A stretch of 64,000 bases of DNA from an uncultured delta proteobacterium (lineage in GTDB: Bacteria; Myxococcota_A; Polyangia; Polyangiales; Polyangiaceae). Within the stretch, counting starts at the first letter, position 1. Every line of letters begins with the position of its first letter. Both the position numbers and the translations under genes were made by a program. Positions 10,346 to 20,849 of this stretch are shown here, piece after piece. Under the pieces are notes generated by a model, which made no database searches, had not been told where the DNA came from, and saw nothing but the letters and a program-made list of their open reading frames with translations. Location: positions 225,901-289,900 of the forward strand of contig CAVQUB010000001.1 of NCBI GenBank assembly GCA_963716725.1, given 5' to 3'.

Positions 10346-11038
10346 ATGGAGGCCAAGAAGACCATCCTCGTCATCGACGACGAGCCGCACATCCTGCTCG
10401 GGCTGCGCGACGCGCTTACCTTCGAGGGCTATCGGGTGGTCACGGCGACCAACGGCAAAGAAGGCCTAGCGCTCTCCCGCGCCGAGCGACCCAACGTGGT
10501 GCTGCTCGATCTGATGCTGCCGGACATGAACGGCTATCAGATCTGCGAAGAGCTGCGGCGCCAGGACGCCTTCGTCCCGGTCATCATGCTCACGGCCAAG
10601 AGCCAGGAGGCCGACAAGATCCGCGGCCTCGACGCCGGCGCGGACGACTACGTCACCAAGCCCTTCAGCGTGGGTGAGCTGGTGGCCCGCATTCGGGCCT
10701 TGTTCCGGCGCACGGCGCGGCCCATCGAGAACAACAGCTTCACGATCGGCGACGTGACGGTCAGCGTCTCGGCCCACACCGTGCAGCGCACGGGCAAGAA
10801 GGCCGCTGAGGCCCTCAGCTTCTACGAGGTCGAGCTGCTCAGGCTGCTGCACGAGCGGGCCGGCACGCCGGTGAGCCGCGAGGAGATCTTGAACAAGATC
10901 TGGGGCGTCGACGCGAACCCGACCAACCGCACCATCGACAACTTTATCGTGAAGCTGCGCCGCAAGGTCGAGAAGCGCCCGGACCGGCCCGAGCACATCC
11001 TCACGGTCTACGGCTTCGGCTACAAACTGGTGCCCTGA
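10346..11038 (+). CDS. OmpR-family response regulator
   Basis: Receiver domain (VIDDE, LLDLMLP, GADDYVTKPF) and winged helix (NRTIDNFIVKLRRK, TVYGFGY). Confidence 0.95.
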   Translation: MEAKKTILVIDDEPHILLGLRDALTFEGYRVVTATNGKEGLALSRAERPNVVLLDLMLPDMNGYQICEELRRQDAFVPVIMLTAKSQEADKIRGLDAGADDYVTKPFSVGELVARIRALFRRTARPIENNSFTIGDVTVSVSAHTVQRTGKKAAEALSFYEVELLRLLHERAGTPVSREEILNKIWGVDANPTNRTIDNFIVKLRRKVEKRPDRPEHILTVYGFGYKLVP

Positions 11039-11054
11039 GCCCCGGCCGCGTCGA

Positions 11055-11355
11055 AGAGGCGCGGGGGACGCGGGGAACGCGGGGAACGCAGGAAGAGATA
11101 TTTTGGGTTCGGAAGGAGAGGGGCGAGTCGGGCCGGATCCGAACCCGAAAATCTCTGTGTGCTCTGCGTGCTCTGCGTACGCCGCGCCTTTGGCCGGGGG
11201 CGTTCACGAGGGAGAGGCGCGGGGGACGCGGGGAACGCGGGGAACGCAGGAAGAGATATTTTGGGTTCGGAAGGAGAGGGGCGAGTCGGGCCGGATCCGA
11301 ACCCGAAAATCTCTGTGTGCTCTGCGTGCTCTGCGTACGCCGCGCCTTTGGCCGG
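11055..11355. repeat. Two identical 143-bp palindromic units (11055-11197 and 11213-11355), REP/MITE-like
   Basis: Direct repeat with 158-bp period between convergent genes. Each unit has the internal inverted repeat agagatattttgggttcgga ... tccgaacccgaaaatctct. Confidence 0.9.
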
Positions 11356-11364
11356 ATCGCGCGC

Positions 11365-12217
11365 TCAGGGGTGGGCGGAGAGTGGCATCACGTTGCGCGG
11401 ATCGCAGGCAACCGTGCGCGCGTTCTTGGTCAGCTCGCCCGACGCCAACGAGGCGAGGTTGATCCCGTCGCGCACGCGCCGCACCTCGAGGTGAAGGTGC
11501 ACGTCGCCCGGGCTCCCGCTGTCGCCGACGAAGCCGAGCAGGGCGCCCTCGCGCACGTTCATGCCGCGGCTCAGTCCCGGCGCGGGTCCCTGCAGGTGTC
11601 CATAGAGGACAACGTATTCGCGGAGGCGGTCGCCCTCGCGCACCGTGTGGCGAGTCACCACCGAGTTGCCGAACACCTCGCCGACGAAGAGCACCTCGGC
11701 CTCCGCGGTCTGATGCTCCAGGTCCACCAGGCGCACCTCGGCTCCGCGACGCTGACCCAGGTCGAGGCCGCCGTGACCCACGGCCTTGATGTGCGCGCCG
11801 CGGCGCTGTTGCACGTCGGGACGATCCGAGATCGTAGCCGCTCACGACCAGGTTCTGCCCCGGCAGCGGCGGCACGGGCCAGCGGTAGCGTCGGTAGTCG
11901 CTGGGCCGCTCGGGGCGCCGGGGGATCTGATCGTAGAGCCGCCACGCGCCGCTGCGGTCACGGTGCAGGTTCTGCTCCTGAGTCAGTTCGGCGCCGCCGG
12001 TCGGGTCTCGCGGAACGGGGATGCAGACCCCCTGGTCGGGCAAGGTGCCCGGTGGGCAGGCGCTCGACAGCGCAGGCGACCCGGCGGGCGCGCTAGCCGC
12101 GCCAGCCGCAGTGACTCCGAAGGCCGGCGCGCTGACCAGAGGACGCCCACCTTCGGCCGCGTGGGAGAGGGCGGCGACGGCGGCGAGCAGGGCCGTCGCC
12201 TGGGTCAGCGGCTGCAT
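11365..12217 (-). pseudogene. M23 family metallopeptidase, frameshifted near 11828 (possible sequencing error)
   Basis: The signal-peptide half (ORF from 12217) joins the M23 motifs HGGLD, LYGHL and GDSGSPGDVHLHLE if one base is removed (..GYDL DRPDVQQRR..). Confidence 0.75.
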
Positions 12218-12316
12218 GTCGGGAGCATAACCGAGGAAGGCTCAGGGCCATTCCGTCCCGATTTCCGCCCCGCCGTGCTGGAACGTTTGCCTTCAGTCCC
12301 CCGGGTTTGATAGCGG

Positions 12317-13142
12317 ATGGGCGTGACGTTCCCTTCGGGTGAGCTCAGCCCGGCCGACTCGGCGGTGATGGAAGACCTTCGTGGTCCCGCGCTATCTGTC
12401 CTTCTACGGCGAGCTGGCCCTGGAGCTCGTGCTGGCCGGCGAGGGTGCGCGCATCGTGCACATTGGCTGCCGCACCGGCTACCCCGATCGCCAGCTCTGC
12501 GAGCTGGCAGCGCAGGCCGAGATTGTCAGCCTCGACGCGTCGCCGGCGGCCCTCGACCTCGCCAAGGGCAAGCTGGGTCCAGATGCGAGCCTGCCCATCG
12601 AGTACCTGCTGGCCAACGAGCTGCCCACCGGTCTCGATGCGGGCAGCTTCAGCCACGCTCTGTGTCTGCACCCGCTGGGATCGACACAGGAGCGGGCCGC
12701 GCTCTACCGGGAGATGTACCGCCTCTTGTGCGACGAAGGGCAGGCGTTGATCGCGTTGCCGCTGCGCGGGTCATTTCAAGAGGTCGGTGATCTGTTCCGC
12801 GAGTACGCGCTCAAGCACGACGACGGCGATCTCGGCAAGACCGTCGAAGAAGCCATGGCCACTCGCCACAGCATCGAGACCCTCTCGGAGGAAATCGAAG
12901 CGAGCGGTCTCGACGACGTGGACATCGAGGTGCGCTCCGTCACGCTCACCTTCGACAGTGGCCGCGCCTTCGTGGATGATCCCGTGACACGCCTCCTCAT
13001 CTTGCCCGAGCTCGCCGCCGCGCTGGGCGGCGTCGACCTGGAAAAGCCCCTGGCCTACTGCCGCGACGCCATCGACAAATACTGGTCCGAGGGCCAGTTC
13101 GAGCTGACGGTCAACGTCGGCTGCGCTAGTGCCCGGAAGTGA
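12317..13142 (+). CDS. Class I SAM-dependent methyltransferase-like protein; apparent +1 frameshift near 12374
   Basis: VHIGCRTG and SLDASPAAL motifs. The frame from ATG 12317 joins the main frame (ETFVVPRY) if one base is removed. Confidence 0.7.
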
Positions 13143-13219
13143 GCTCGATCGAGATCTCGCCGGGGCGCACTCGGCGACGAGACTGCACGCGACGACGACG
13201 CGTGGATGCGCCTCTGACC

Positions 13220-16200
13220 TCAGTAGCGATACTGCCAGAGCAGATCCAGCCCCGTGCCCACAGTGCCGACCTCGGTGCGCAGGGACCAATTGCGCTGAAA
13301 CCGCCAATCGACCGTTCCGCTGACGTCGACCGGGTCGGTGGTCGTGTTGTTCTGCTGCTGCTCGAGCCGGTTCCGATAGGTACCCTCGAACCACACGCTC
13401 TCGCTGAGGCGGACCGCCGCCGTGTAGCTGGCCTTGTTCTCGTCGGTGCCCGTGCGAAGCTCGACGCTGCCGACCAGAGCGTCGGCGAAGAGCGTGTTGA
13501 ACGCAGTCGCGATGCCACCCGCCGCGGCCGTCTCCCGCGTCCGGGCGCCGGAGGCTTCGTCGCCGCCGCCGCTGGACGCACCCCCAAAGAGCAGGGCCAT
13601 GATCTCGGGCTCGGACCGGGCCGGATCGCTCGACAGCCTGAGCTTGGCGTCTCCCAGCGAGCCGCCGACATCCACGGACACGACGGTTCCGTCCGGCGCG
13701 CGCCAGCTCGCGGTGGCGAACAAGTGGGGGTTGCCCGGATCGGGCGTGTCGAACACCACACGCCCGGCCTCGATCACCCAGGTCTTGCCCCACGATTGAA
13801 AGCGCCCGCCGGGCTTGAGCTCGATGAAGCCGCTGACGGCAGCCTTCTGATCCAGGTCGATCACGGGTTGACCGACCAGCGGCAGATCGAGATCCGATCG
13901 AGTGACCCGCACCCCACGCTTCAAGTTCACTACGAAGCGCCACGGGAGAATGGTCGCGGTGCGCTCCACGGCGGGTTCCTTCAAGGGTTGAACCACGTGA
14001 ATGGCGGGGTTGTCGCTGACGTCCACGACCTCGCGTCCGCTGGCCTGGGGCAGCCGCGCCGTCAGGTTGGGGATGTCCACGGTGACGAGCATGCGCTCCT
14101 CCACGCGCTCGAGCTTCAGCGTGGCGGCGCCGCTCGCGGTGGCTTGCGAGACGCCTTGGAACATCACCGGCACGTCGCTCATGCTGAGCGAGGCGTCCCC
14201 ACGCGTCATGCGCGCGCCGTCGAAGTAGAGGTTCGCGAGGGCCCGGACGTTGACCTTCTCCGAGCGCGCCTTGGCCTCCACGTCGTGGATGTTCACCCGG
14301 GTGAAGCCCCCGGCCTTCTTGGCCGTCGCCCCGAAGCTGACGTCTCGGAATTCGATGCCAAGCGGCGCGATGTGCAGCACGCCCTTCTGCACCGTGGCCT
14401 GTCCGTCCACGTCGGTCTCGAACTCCCCGCTGGGCTTCCCGTCGGCCTTCAACCGAGGCTCGAGGGTGGCGACTATGCGTCCGTCGACCTTGCCGGTCAT
14501 CCGCGAGAATATGTCTCGCAAGAACGGAGAGAGTACGACCGCGTCGTAGCCATGCGCTTCGGCCGAGAGCAGCACGCGACGGGCACGGTCGAGGCGTGGC
14601 CAAGCACCGGACCAGTCGAGTCCCATGCGAGCTTCCGCGGTCAGGCGTCCGCGTCCGTCGTCCAGCGTCGCGTCTGCACGCAGCTGGCGTCCGTCCGAGC
14701 GGATCGAGACGTTGCCGCGCCCCACGCCGACGCCGTCCACGCTGGCGCCGGTCAGGTCGACGTTGGCGGACAGCTGCGGCGGAGCGTCGGCGCTGGTGCG
14801 CTGTAGCGCGATGCTGCCCTGAAGCGCGCCCGCCACTTTGGCGTCCGCCAGCGTGCCCACCATGGTGAGCGGAGCGCTCTCGAGCGCCAGGTGCGCTCCG
14901 CCAGTCCAGGAGCCGTCCGCGATGTTGGCGTTGCCCTTCGCCGTCAGCTGCGCGATGCGCCTTCCAGCTCCGCGGACCTCTGCGTTTCCGCCAAAGCGTC
15001 CGCTCGCGAACTCGTACTGACCGTTGGCCTTCAGGTCCATCGGCAGTGCGCGGTAGCCCGAAGACCACTGAACTTGGCGCGCCTCCAGGTTGGCCGAGAG
15101 CTTGGGATCGCTGGCTGAACCAGAGAACCCCAGGCGTGCGGTGGCCGAACCCCGCAGCCCTTCCACCAAAAGCGGCTTCGGGTATTGGGAAAAGGGGCGC
15201 TCGTGCAGGGTGACCACCGCCATCAGCGGCGCGTCGAGCACCTGGCTCAGCCAGTCGTCGGGTGCAGCCAGAATTTCCTTCCAGTTGATCCTCGCGCCAC
15301 CACTGGTCGTGATGAACCAGCCTGTCTCATCGACCAAGCGCGTGGTGCCACCGATGTCGCCGCGCTCGCCGTTGACGCTGCCCGCGAGCTCGACGTCGAT
15401 CCCGGTGACCTGCAGCGGCTTGTCGCCCTTGGTGGCTGGCCCCTGCACGACCTCCAGCTTGCGCGTGCCAGCCACCATGATCTCGGCGTTCGGTAGCTGG
15501 GTCGGCGCGAGGCGCTCGACCCGGATCCGAGCGAAGGCCGTGCCCGCGACCTTCTCGATGCGGGCGGACTTCGGCAGCAGGTGCTTCAGGAGCGAGAGCT
15601 GAACGTCGCTGAGCTGAATTTCACCGTCTCCGGTCATGCCGAGCCACGACGCGGGCTCTGCTGGATTGCCGTTGACCTCGGTCTGCCAGGTGGCGCCGAA
15701 GGCGCCGATGTCCTCCACGATGCCCGAGGCCTTGCCCTCGATGTGCTCACCGTCGAGCCTTGCGTCGAGGGACAGCGAGACCCCGCCCACCGAGGCGATG
15801 GATCCCTTGCCGAGCCCGAGGCGGACGTGGCCGGTCGACTGCTCTTTGCTCGCGATGATGTCGGCATCGAGGTTGAGGATGCCGCCCAAGACTCCGCGTT
15901 TGAGCCCGATGGCGCGTGACACCACGTCGAGGTCGAGTCCGACGCCCTTGGCCTGCACCTCGACGCGATCCTTGGAGAGCCGGATCTTTCCTCCGAGCTC
16001 ACCGCCGGCGCCGGTCAACTTCACGCTGTCCACCACCACGTCGCGCGAATCGAGATCGAGGTGCGCGATGCGTCCGGTCAGAACGACGGCGTCGCGCTTG
16101 ATCTTGAGGTCGAGGTTCTTGACCGCGGGCTTGGCCTTGGCCTCGAGAATCGCGCTGGCGCGGACCTCGGAGCCGTGCTCGTCGGAGAGCGTGGCGGTGA

Positions 16201-17866
16201 CGGTCGGGCGGGTCACGGGGCCCTTCGCGGTCGCGGTCACTTTTCCGAAGCTCCGACCCTGGGCGGTGAGGTTGGAGCCGGTCACTCGGGCGTCGATGGC
16301 GAGCTTCTCGAGCTCGCTCAGCTTGCCTTTGACGCTACCCGTGACGCGTCCCCGCGCGAGCTTCACCTCCGCGAGGGAGAAGCCGGACACGTCCGCGGCG
16401 AGGGAGGCGTCGATCAGGTTCTTCGCGACGTGAGCCTTGACCTGAGCGTCGGCGTGGCCTCTTGCCGGCGTGAGCTTCTTCACGCGGGGGGCTTTCTCGA
16501 GCTGAAAGGAGCGTGCGTGCGCGTCGAGATCCACTGCGCCGTCGGGGTGCACGGTGAACGCCACCTTCAGCGGCATGCCAACCTCGTGGACAGTCGCCTT
16601 GCCCACGAACCCCTTGGGGTTCCAGGTCCCAGACAGGTCAATGGGCGGCACCGTCTGGCCCACGAAGGTCGTCTCGGCGGTGGTGCCGTTGACCTCCACC
16701 GAGACCTGGCCACGGCGTTGCCATATGGATAGTGCGGTGTCGACGTTCACGTCGGTCTTGGGCGCCGTCGGCCAGAGCGCGCGAATGTCCACGCCCCGGC
16801 CCTGAACGTCGAGGTCGATGTCGAGCTCCGGTGCAAAGCGGATGTGACCGCTGCTCGCCAATCGAGCATCTCCGACCTCGAAGCTCGCCTGGGTCTGGAG
16901 CTTCGGCAGCACGCCGCTGGCCTCGATTCGAGCGACGACCGGCTCGACCAGGGGCCAGTCCGCCAGCAGTGCGCGCACGTCTTCGGGCAGTGCCCGGGGT
17001 ATGTCGAGGGAGGCCTTGACCGTCTTTCCCTTGACGAAGACCGAGCTCGAGACTGGGAGATTGCCGAAGTAGCCGTTGAAGGAGGTCCACACGGTCTCCG
17101 GGGTCCGGATGTGAACCTCGCCGGTGCCCGTGGCGTCCGTGCCGCCGAGGCCCCGCACCGTCATGCCGTAGCGGTGCACGTCGACGGCCGCTCCCTTGGG
17201 CGTCGCCAGCACCGAGCCGCGCACCCCGCCGATCCTCACCTCCAAGGTGGGCAGGCCGGCGACGGTGCCACGGGCGTCGATACGACCGATCTCGATCTGA
17301 GGCAGCCACACGCGCAGCGGCTTCGACGGCGCGCTGGGCGTGGCAGCGGTGCTCGGGGCACCGGGCACGGGGGTCAGCGCCCGCGCCAGGGTGGGAATGC
17401 CGGCGTGGTCGGGGATGACGAGCACGTCGGCCCGACCCGCGCGGATGTGGCGAATGATGACCGTGATGCGTTCCTCGGCCGTGATCACGTCGCGCACCAG
17501 CGTCACCACGTCGGTCCGCACGCGCAGGTCGTTCAGCGTGATCACCGTGTTGCCGGATTCGTCTTTGACGGTGACCTCGCTCAGAGTCGCGCCGCGCAGG
17601 CCCAGTTCTTGGATTTCACCCGTGCGGAGCTCGCCGTAGAAGACCCCGGTGAGCGAGCGCGAGAGCAGGTCCGCCGCGACCCGCCGCGAAGCTGGCAAGT
17701 TCACGTGCAGCACGACGCCGACGCCCAGCGAAACGACGAAGGTCGCCGCGAGCCCCAGCGTCGCCAGCGTCCGCCCCGCGATGCTCAGCGCGCGCGCTCG
17801 TCGGCGCCTGGGAGCGGGCCCGCGATCGGGGACCGTGGGTGGTGGGCGGAGGGTGGACTTCCGCAT
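13220..17866 (-). CDS. tamB: Translocation and assembly module TamB (AsmA-like)
   Basis: About 1548-aa beta-rich protein with an N-terminal TM, a DUF490-like C-terminus (LSSDPARSEPEIMALL..GLDLLWQYRY), coupled to an Omp85 gene. Confidence 0.85.
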   Translation of the reverse strand: MRKSTLRPPPTVPDRGPAPRRRRARALSIAGRTLATLGLAATFVVSLGVGVVLHVNLPASRRVAADLLSRSLTGVFYGELRTGEIQELGLRGATLSEVTVKDESGNTVITLNDLRVRTDVVTLVRDVITAEERITVIIRHIRAGRADVLVIPDHAGIPTLARALTPVPGAPSTAATPSAPSKPLRVWLPQIEIGRIDARGTVAGLPTLEVRIGGVRGSVLATPKGAAVDVHRYGMTVRGLGGTDATGTGEVHIRTPETVWTSFNGYFGNLPVSSSVFVKGKTVKASLDIPRALPEDVRALLADWPLVEPVVARIEASGVLPKLQTQASFEVGDARLASSGHIRFAPELDIDLDVQGRGVDIRALWPTAPKTDVNVDTALSIWQRRGQVSVEVNGTTAETTFVGQTVPPIDLSGTWNPKGFVGKATVHEVGMPLKVAFTVHPDGAVDLDAHARSFQLEKAPRVKKLTPARGHADAQVKAHVAKNLIDASLAADVSGFSLAEVKLARGRVTGSVKGKLSELEKLAIDARVTGSNLTAQGRSFGKVTATAKGPVTRPTVTATLSDEHGSEVRASAILEAKAKPAVKNLDLKIKRDAVVLTGRIAHLDLDSRDVVVDSVKLTGAGGELGGKIRLSKDRVEVQAKGVGLDLDVVSRAIGLKRGVLGGILNLDADIIASKEQSTGHVRLGLGKGSIASVGGVSLSLDARLDGEHIEGKASGIVEDIGAFGATWQTEVNGNPAEPASWLGMTGDGEIQLSDVQLSLLKHLLPKSARIEKVAGTAFARIRVERLAPTQLPNAEIMVAGTRKLEVVQGPATKGDKPLQVTGIDVELAGSVNGERGDIGGTTRLVDETGWFITTSGGARINWKEILAAPDDWLSQVLDAPLMAVVTLHERPFSQYPKPLLVEGLRGSATARLGFSGSASDPKLSANLEARQVQWSSGYRALPMDLKANGQYEFASGRFGGNAEVRGAGRRIAQLTAKGNANIADGSWTGGAHLALESAPLTMVGTLADAKVAGALQGSIALQRTSADAPPQLSANVDLTGASVDGVGVGRGNVSIRSDGRQLRADATLDDGRGRLTAEARMGLDWSGAWPRLDRARRVLLSAEAHGYDAVVLSPFLRDIFSRMTGKVDGRIVATLEPRLKADGKPSGEFETDVDGQATVQKGVLHIAPLGIEFRDVSFGATAKKAGGFTRVNIHDVEAKARSEKVNVRALANLYFDGARMTRGDASLSMSDVPVMFQGVSQATASGAATLKLERVEERMLVTVDIPNLTARLPQASGREVVDVSDNPAIHVVQPLKEPAVERTATILPWRFVVNLKRGVRVTRSDLDLPLVGQPVIDLDQKAAVSGFIELKPGGRFQSWGKTWVIEAGRVVFDTPDPGNPHLFATASWRAPDGTVVSVDVGGSLGDAKLRLSSDPARSEPEIMALLFGGASSGGGDEASGARTRETAAAGGIATAFNTLFADALVGSVELRTGTDENKASYTAAVRLSESVWFEGTYRNRLEQQQNNTTTDPVDVSGTVDWRFQRNWSLRTEVGTVGTGLDLLWQYRY

Positions 17867-19965
17867 CAGAAGGACTCTCCGAGCGCGATGTGGATCGCCA
17901 TCGGCAGGCCAAAGACGGTGCCGGGATTGCCTTCCTGCCGCTCGAGATCTTGTTCGCCGATCTGTTGCAGCCACGGCGTGCGGTAGCCCGCGTCGATCCG
18001 CAGCGGACCCACCGGGGTTCGATACCTGAGCCCGAGCCCAGGCGAGACGTGAGGCACGTTGAAGCGGATTTCTCCCACTGTACGTGTGACGTCGCTCGCG
18101 TCCAGGAAAGTCGCCGCGTAGAGCGGCCCGATCAGCGGGAATCGGACTTCGAGCGAGGCTTCCCAGAGCGTGAGACCGCCCAGCGGACGAATGCAGGCGG
18201 CGGGCAGCTGGTCGAGGGGCCGACCGCAGTCTTCGCCCGTGGGCACCAGGAACCCGACGGGCCCGTGGGGTCCGACGCCGCGGTAAGCGTAGCCGCGGTT
18301 CGAGTTGGGGCCGCCGGAGTAGAAGGCGCGGAACAGGAGTTTGTGCTGATCGCGGATGACCGCTGGGTTGGTGGGATCGTTCGCCGCCTGGGCGCTGGTG
18401 AGCGTGTCGCCGTAGTTCGACGGAAACAGAAACCCCGCGGTCAGCCGTGTTGCCAGCGTGACGTGCTTCGACAGGGGCAAGAAGCCACGGAACTCCGGCC
18501 TCAGTCGGAGATCGCTCACCGTGCCGCCGAACAGGTAGCCCGCGACTTGCAGCGAGTTGGAGACGTAGAAGCCCTCCTTGGGTTCGATGCGATCGTCCCG
18601 GAAGTCCAGGATCGCGTACAGCTCCGGGAAGGACACGCGCACCGCGTCGAGGCCATCGGGCTTGTTGCCCTGATAGGTGAAGGGGAAGTTGGCTTGCCAG
18701 TTGAACGACGGCGTGACGAACAGGCGGTGGCCAAAGAAGGGGCGCTCGAGGCCGGTCGTCGCCCTGATCTCGTGATAGCCGATCACGCGTTCTCGTTCGG
18801 GATCGGCTCCGTCGGGGAGGGGGTAGAGCAGCGGGTAGATGCTGTAGTCGCCGGCGATGAAGCCAGTCGTTCGACCCTCGACGAAGGAGGGTTGCCGCAG
18901 CTCGGCGTGCACGCGGTTCTCCGGCAGCAACCGTGTCGGTGAGTCGAGACGCCCGATGCGCGTTGGAAAGTAGGTGACGCCGGGCCGCGCCTCGATGTTG
19001 AAGCGGCGCATGCCCCCGATGAAGTTGCGATGCTCCCAGCCCACGCGCGCGTGGGTCGACAGGCGAAGCACGTCGAAGCGCGCGCCGCCGCCGAGCCGCA
19101 GGGTGCGCAGAGATGATTCGCGCAGGACGACGGTGATGGGAACCTCGCCGCCGTCAGGGCTCGCCTTGTCCTGCCCGACCTCCACCGATGCGAAGACGCC
19201 GAGGCTCTGCAGCGCCTCTTGGGCGTCGAGCAGGTCTTTGCGCGAGTAGACCTCGCCCTCTTCGATGCCGAGCACCGCGCGAACCGGAGCTTCGGGGATC
19301 GACTCGAGCCCGACGATCCGCACTCGGCCGTAGCGCGCGACCTGGCCCGGTACGGCCTCGAAGGTCACGTCGGCGGTGTGCGTCGTGAGATCGACCTTGG
19401 CGCGATGCTTGACCTGCGCGAAGGCGTAACCGGCGTCGCCGAGCACGTGCGTGATGGCCTTGGCGCTCGCTTCGAAGGCGTCTTCGTCGAAGCGGTCCCC
19501 CGGATCCACGGTGATGGCGGCGACCGCCTTGGCCGCGACGTCGAAGGGCAGGTGGGCGAGGCCGTTGACGTCCGCGCGTCGGATTTCGACGACCGGGCCC
19601 TCGTCGACGGAAATTTCGACGCGAACGTGACGTTCATCGACGCGCAGGATGCGCGCTGCGCGGACCTTCGCCTCGTAGAAGCCTTTGCGCCGGTAGTAAC
19701 GCTCGACCCGCTCCAAATCCCGGGTGAGCACCGTGTCGTTGAACACCTCGTAGTCGTAGAGCAGCCCTTCGAGCGAACGCGGCCAGGGCGGGGGCCGTGT
19801 CGCGAGGCTGTCTTCCACGGCGCTCGCGTCGATGGCGCTGCCGCCCACTACGTCCACGTCCGCCACGAGGTCTCGGCCTGCCGGGACCCCTCTCTTGATG
19901 CAGCCGACGAGCGCGACCGAGAGCACGGCCGCCCCGGCCAGCGCTCTCGCGGGCGACGCCGTCAT
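17866..19965 (-). CDS. tamA: BamA/TamA family (Omp85) outer membrane protein
   Basis: POTRA-like repeats (YYRRKGFYEAKV, LGDAGYAFA), GGPNSNRGY, GLRYRTPVGPLRID and a terminal F. Confidence 0.88.
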   Translation of the reverse strand: MTASPARALAGAAVLSVALVGCIKRGVPAGRDLVADVDVVGGSAIDASAVEDSLATRPPPWPRSLEGLLYDYEVFNDTVLTRDLERVERYYRRKGFYEAKVRAARILRVDERHVRVEISVDEGPVVEIRRADVNGLAHLPFDVAAKAVAAITVDPGDRFDEDAFEASAKAITHVLGDAGYAFAQVKHRAKVDLTTHTADVTFEAVPGQVARYGRVRIVGLESIPEAPVRAVLGIEEGEVYSRKDLLDAQEALQSLGVFASVEVGQDKASPDGGEVPITVVLRESSLRTLRLGGGARFDVLRLSTHARVGWEHRNFIGGMRRFNIEARPGVTYFPTRIGRLDSPTRLLPENRVHAELRQPSFVEGRTTGFIAGDYSIYPLLYPLPDGADPERERVIGYHEIRATTGLERPFFGHRLFVTPSFNWQANFPFTYQGNKPDGLDAVRVSFPELYAILDFRDDRIEPKEGFYVSNSLQVAGYLFGGTVSDLRLRPEFRGFLPLSKHVTLATRLTAGFLFPSNYGDTLTSAQAANDPTNPAVIRDQHKLLFRAFYSGGPNSNRGYAYRGVGPHGPVGFLVPTGEDCGRPLDQLPAACIRPLGGLTLWEASLEVRFPLIGPLYAATFLDASDVTRTVGEIRFNVPHVSPGLGLRYRTPVGPLRIDAGYRTPWLQQIGEQDLERQEGNPGTVFGLPMAIHIALGESF

Positions 19966-19971
19966 CCGACG

Positions 19972-20688
19972 TCACTTCTTCTTCGGGGCTTCCTTCGGCG
20001 GATCCATGCCCGGCAGGAAGGCCAGCTCCGCCGGCTTCTCGTGATACGTCATGTCCTCGTAGGTGAGGATGCCCATGATGGGGTCGGCCTCGGTGCCCGT
20101 CGTGGCGCGAACGAAGGTGGTCGAGTAGTCGCCCTTCACGGTGACCTTCGCTCCCTTGTTCGGGATCGGATTCGGCATCTTGACGCCCCAGAAGGTGTCG
20201 CTCTTCTCGGCGTCTTCCTTCTTCTCGAACTCCATCACGGCGTCGTAGATGCCCGCGAAGTTCGAGGACCACCCCATGACCTTGATGCACTCGTTCTCGG
20301 GAGCGTCCTTGGTGTCGCAGACCCAGAACGCCGGCACCGGCGCGTTGCAGCCGTCCGGATCGGCTTTGCCGCCCTTGTGTACGGCGCAGGCCGGTGCGTC
20401 CGGCAGGTTGGTCTTGCCGATGTAGCCGGTGATGCTGAGCTTCTTGCCCGCCACATCTTTGCGGTGGGTGCGGCTGCGCAGGGAGTAGCTTGCACCCCAC
20501 ACCGTGTAGGCGTCCCCGGCTTTGATGGGCTTCTGCGGGACGTTCGGCACCGCCGGCAAGGACGCCTTCGGACCGCTCGAAGCGGCGCGCGGCTGGTACT
20601 TGTCCTCGTCTTTGCCTCCGCAGCTCACCATGGAGGCGGAAAGCACGACGACGGCGAGCGAGGAGTAGATTCGGCGGGCTGACTGCAT
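19972..20688 (-). CDS. Hypothetical lipoprotein
   Basis: Lipobox MVSC, RBS GGAGG upstream and high GC3. Confidence 0.7.
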   Translation of the reverse strand: MQSARRIYSSLAVVVLSASMVSCGGKDEDKYQPRAASSGPKASLPAVPNVPQKPIKAGDAYTVWGASYSLRSRTHRKDVAGKKLSITGYIGKTNLPDAPACAVHKGGKADPDGCNAPVPAFWVCDTKDAPENECIKVMGWSSNFAGIYDAVMEFEKKEDAEKSDTFWGVKMPNPIPNKGAKVTVKGDYSTTFVRATTGTEADPIMGILTYEDMTYHEKPAELAFLPGMDPPKEAPKKK

Positions 20689-20849
20689 GGGACCTCCCTG
20701 AACGGAACGATTTCGCATGGCTATCACGCGCTTGGGCGCTGCCACAAGGCTCTGGTGGCCCGGCGGGGCGTCGGCGGCTCGCGGCGCCCCGGGCGCCGGC
20801 CTGATTCAGGCATTTGACAAGGCTTTTCAGGGTCCTAGCCTCCCCGTCC

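Noticed and set aside
12771..15068. Long alternative-frame and antisense ORFs (for example 12771-15068, 7911-9590, 47552-49090)
   Set aside because: These are shadow ORFs expected in high-GC DNA and overlap well-supported genes.
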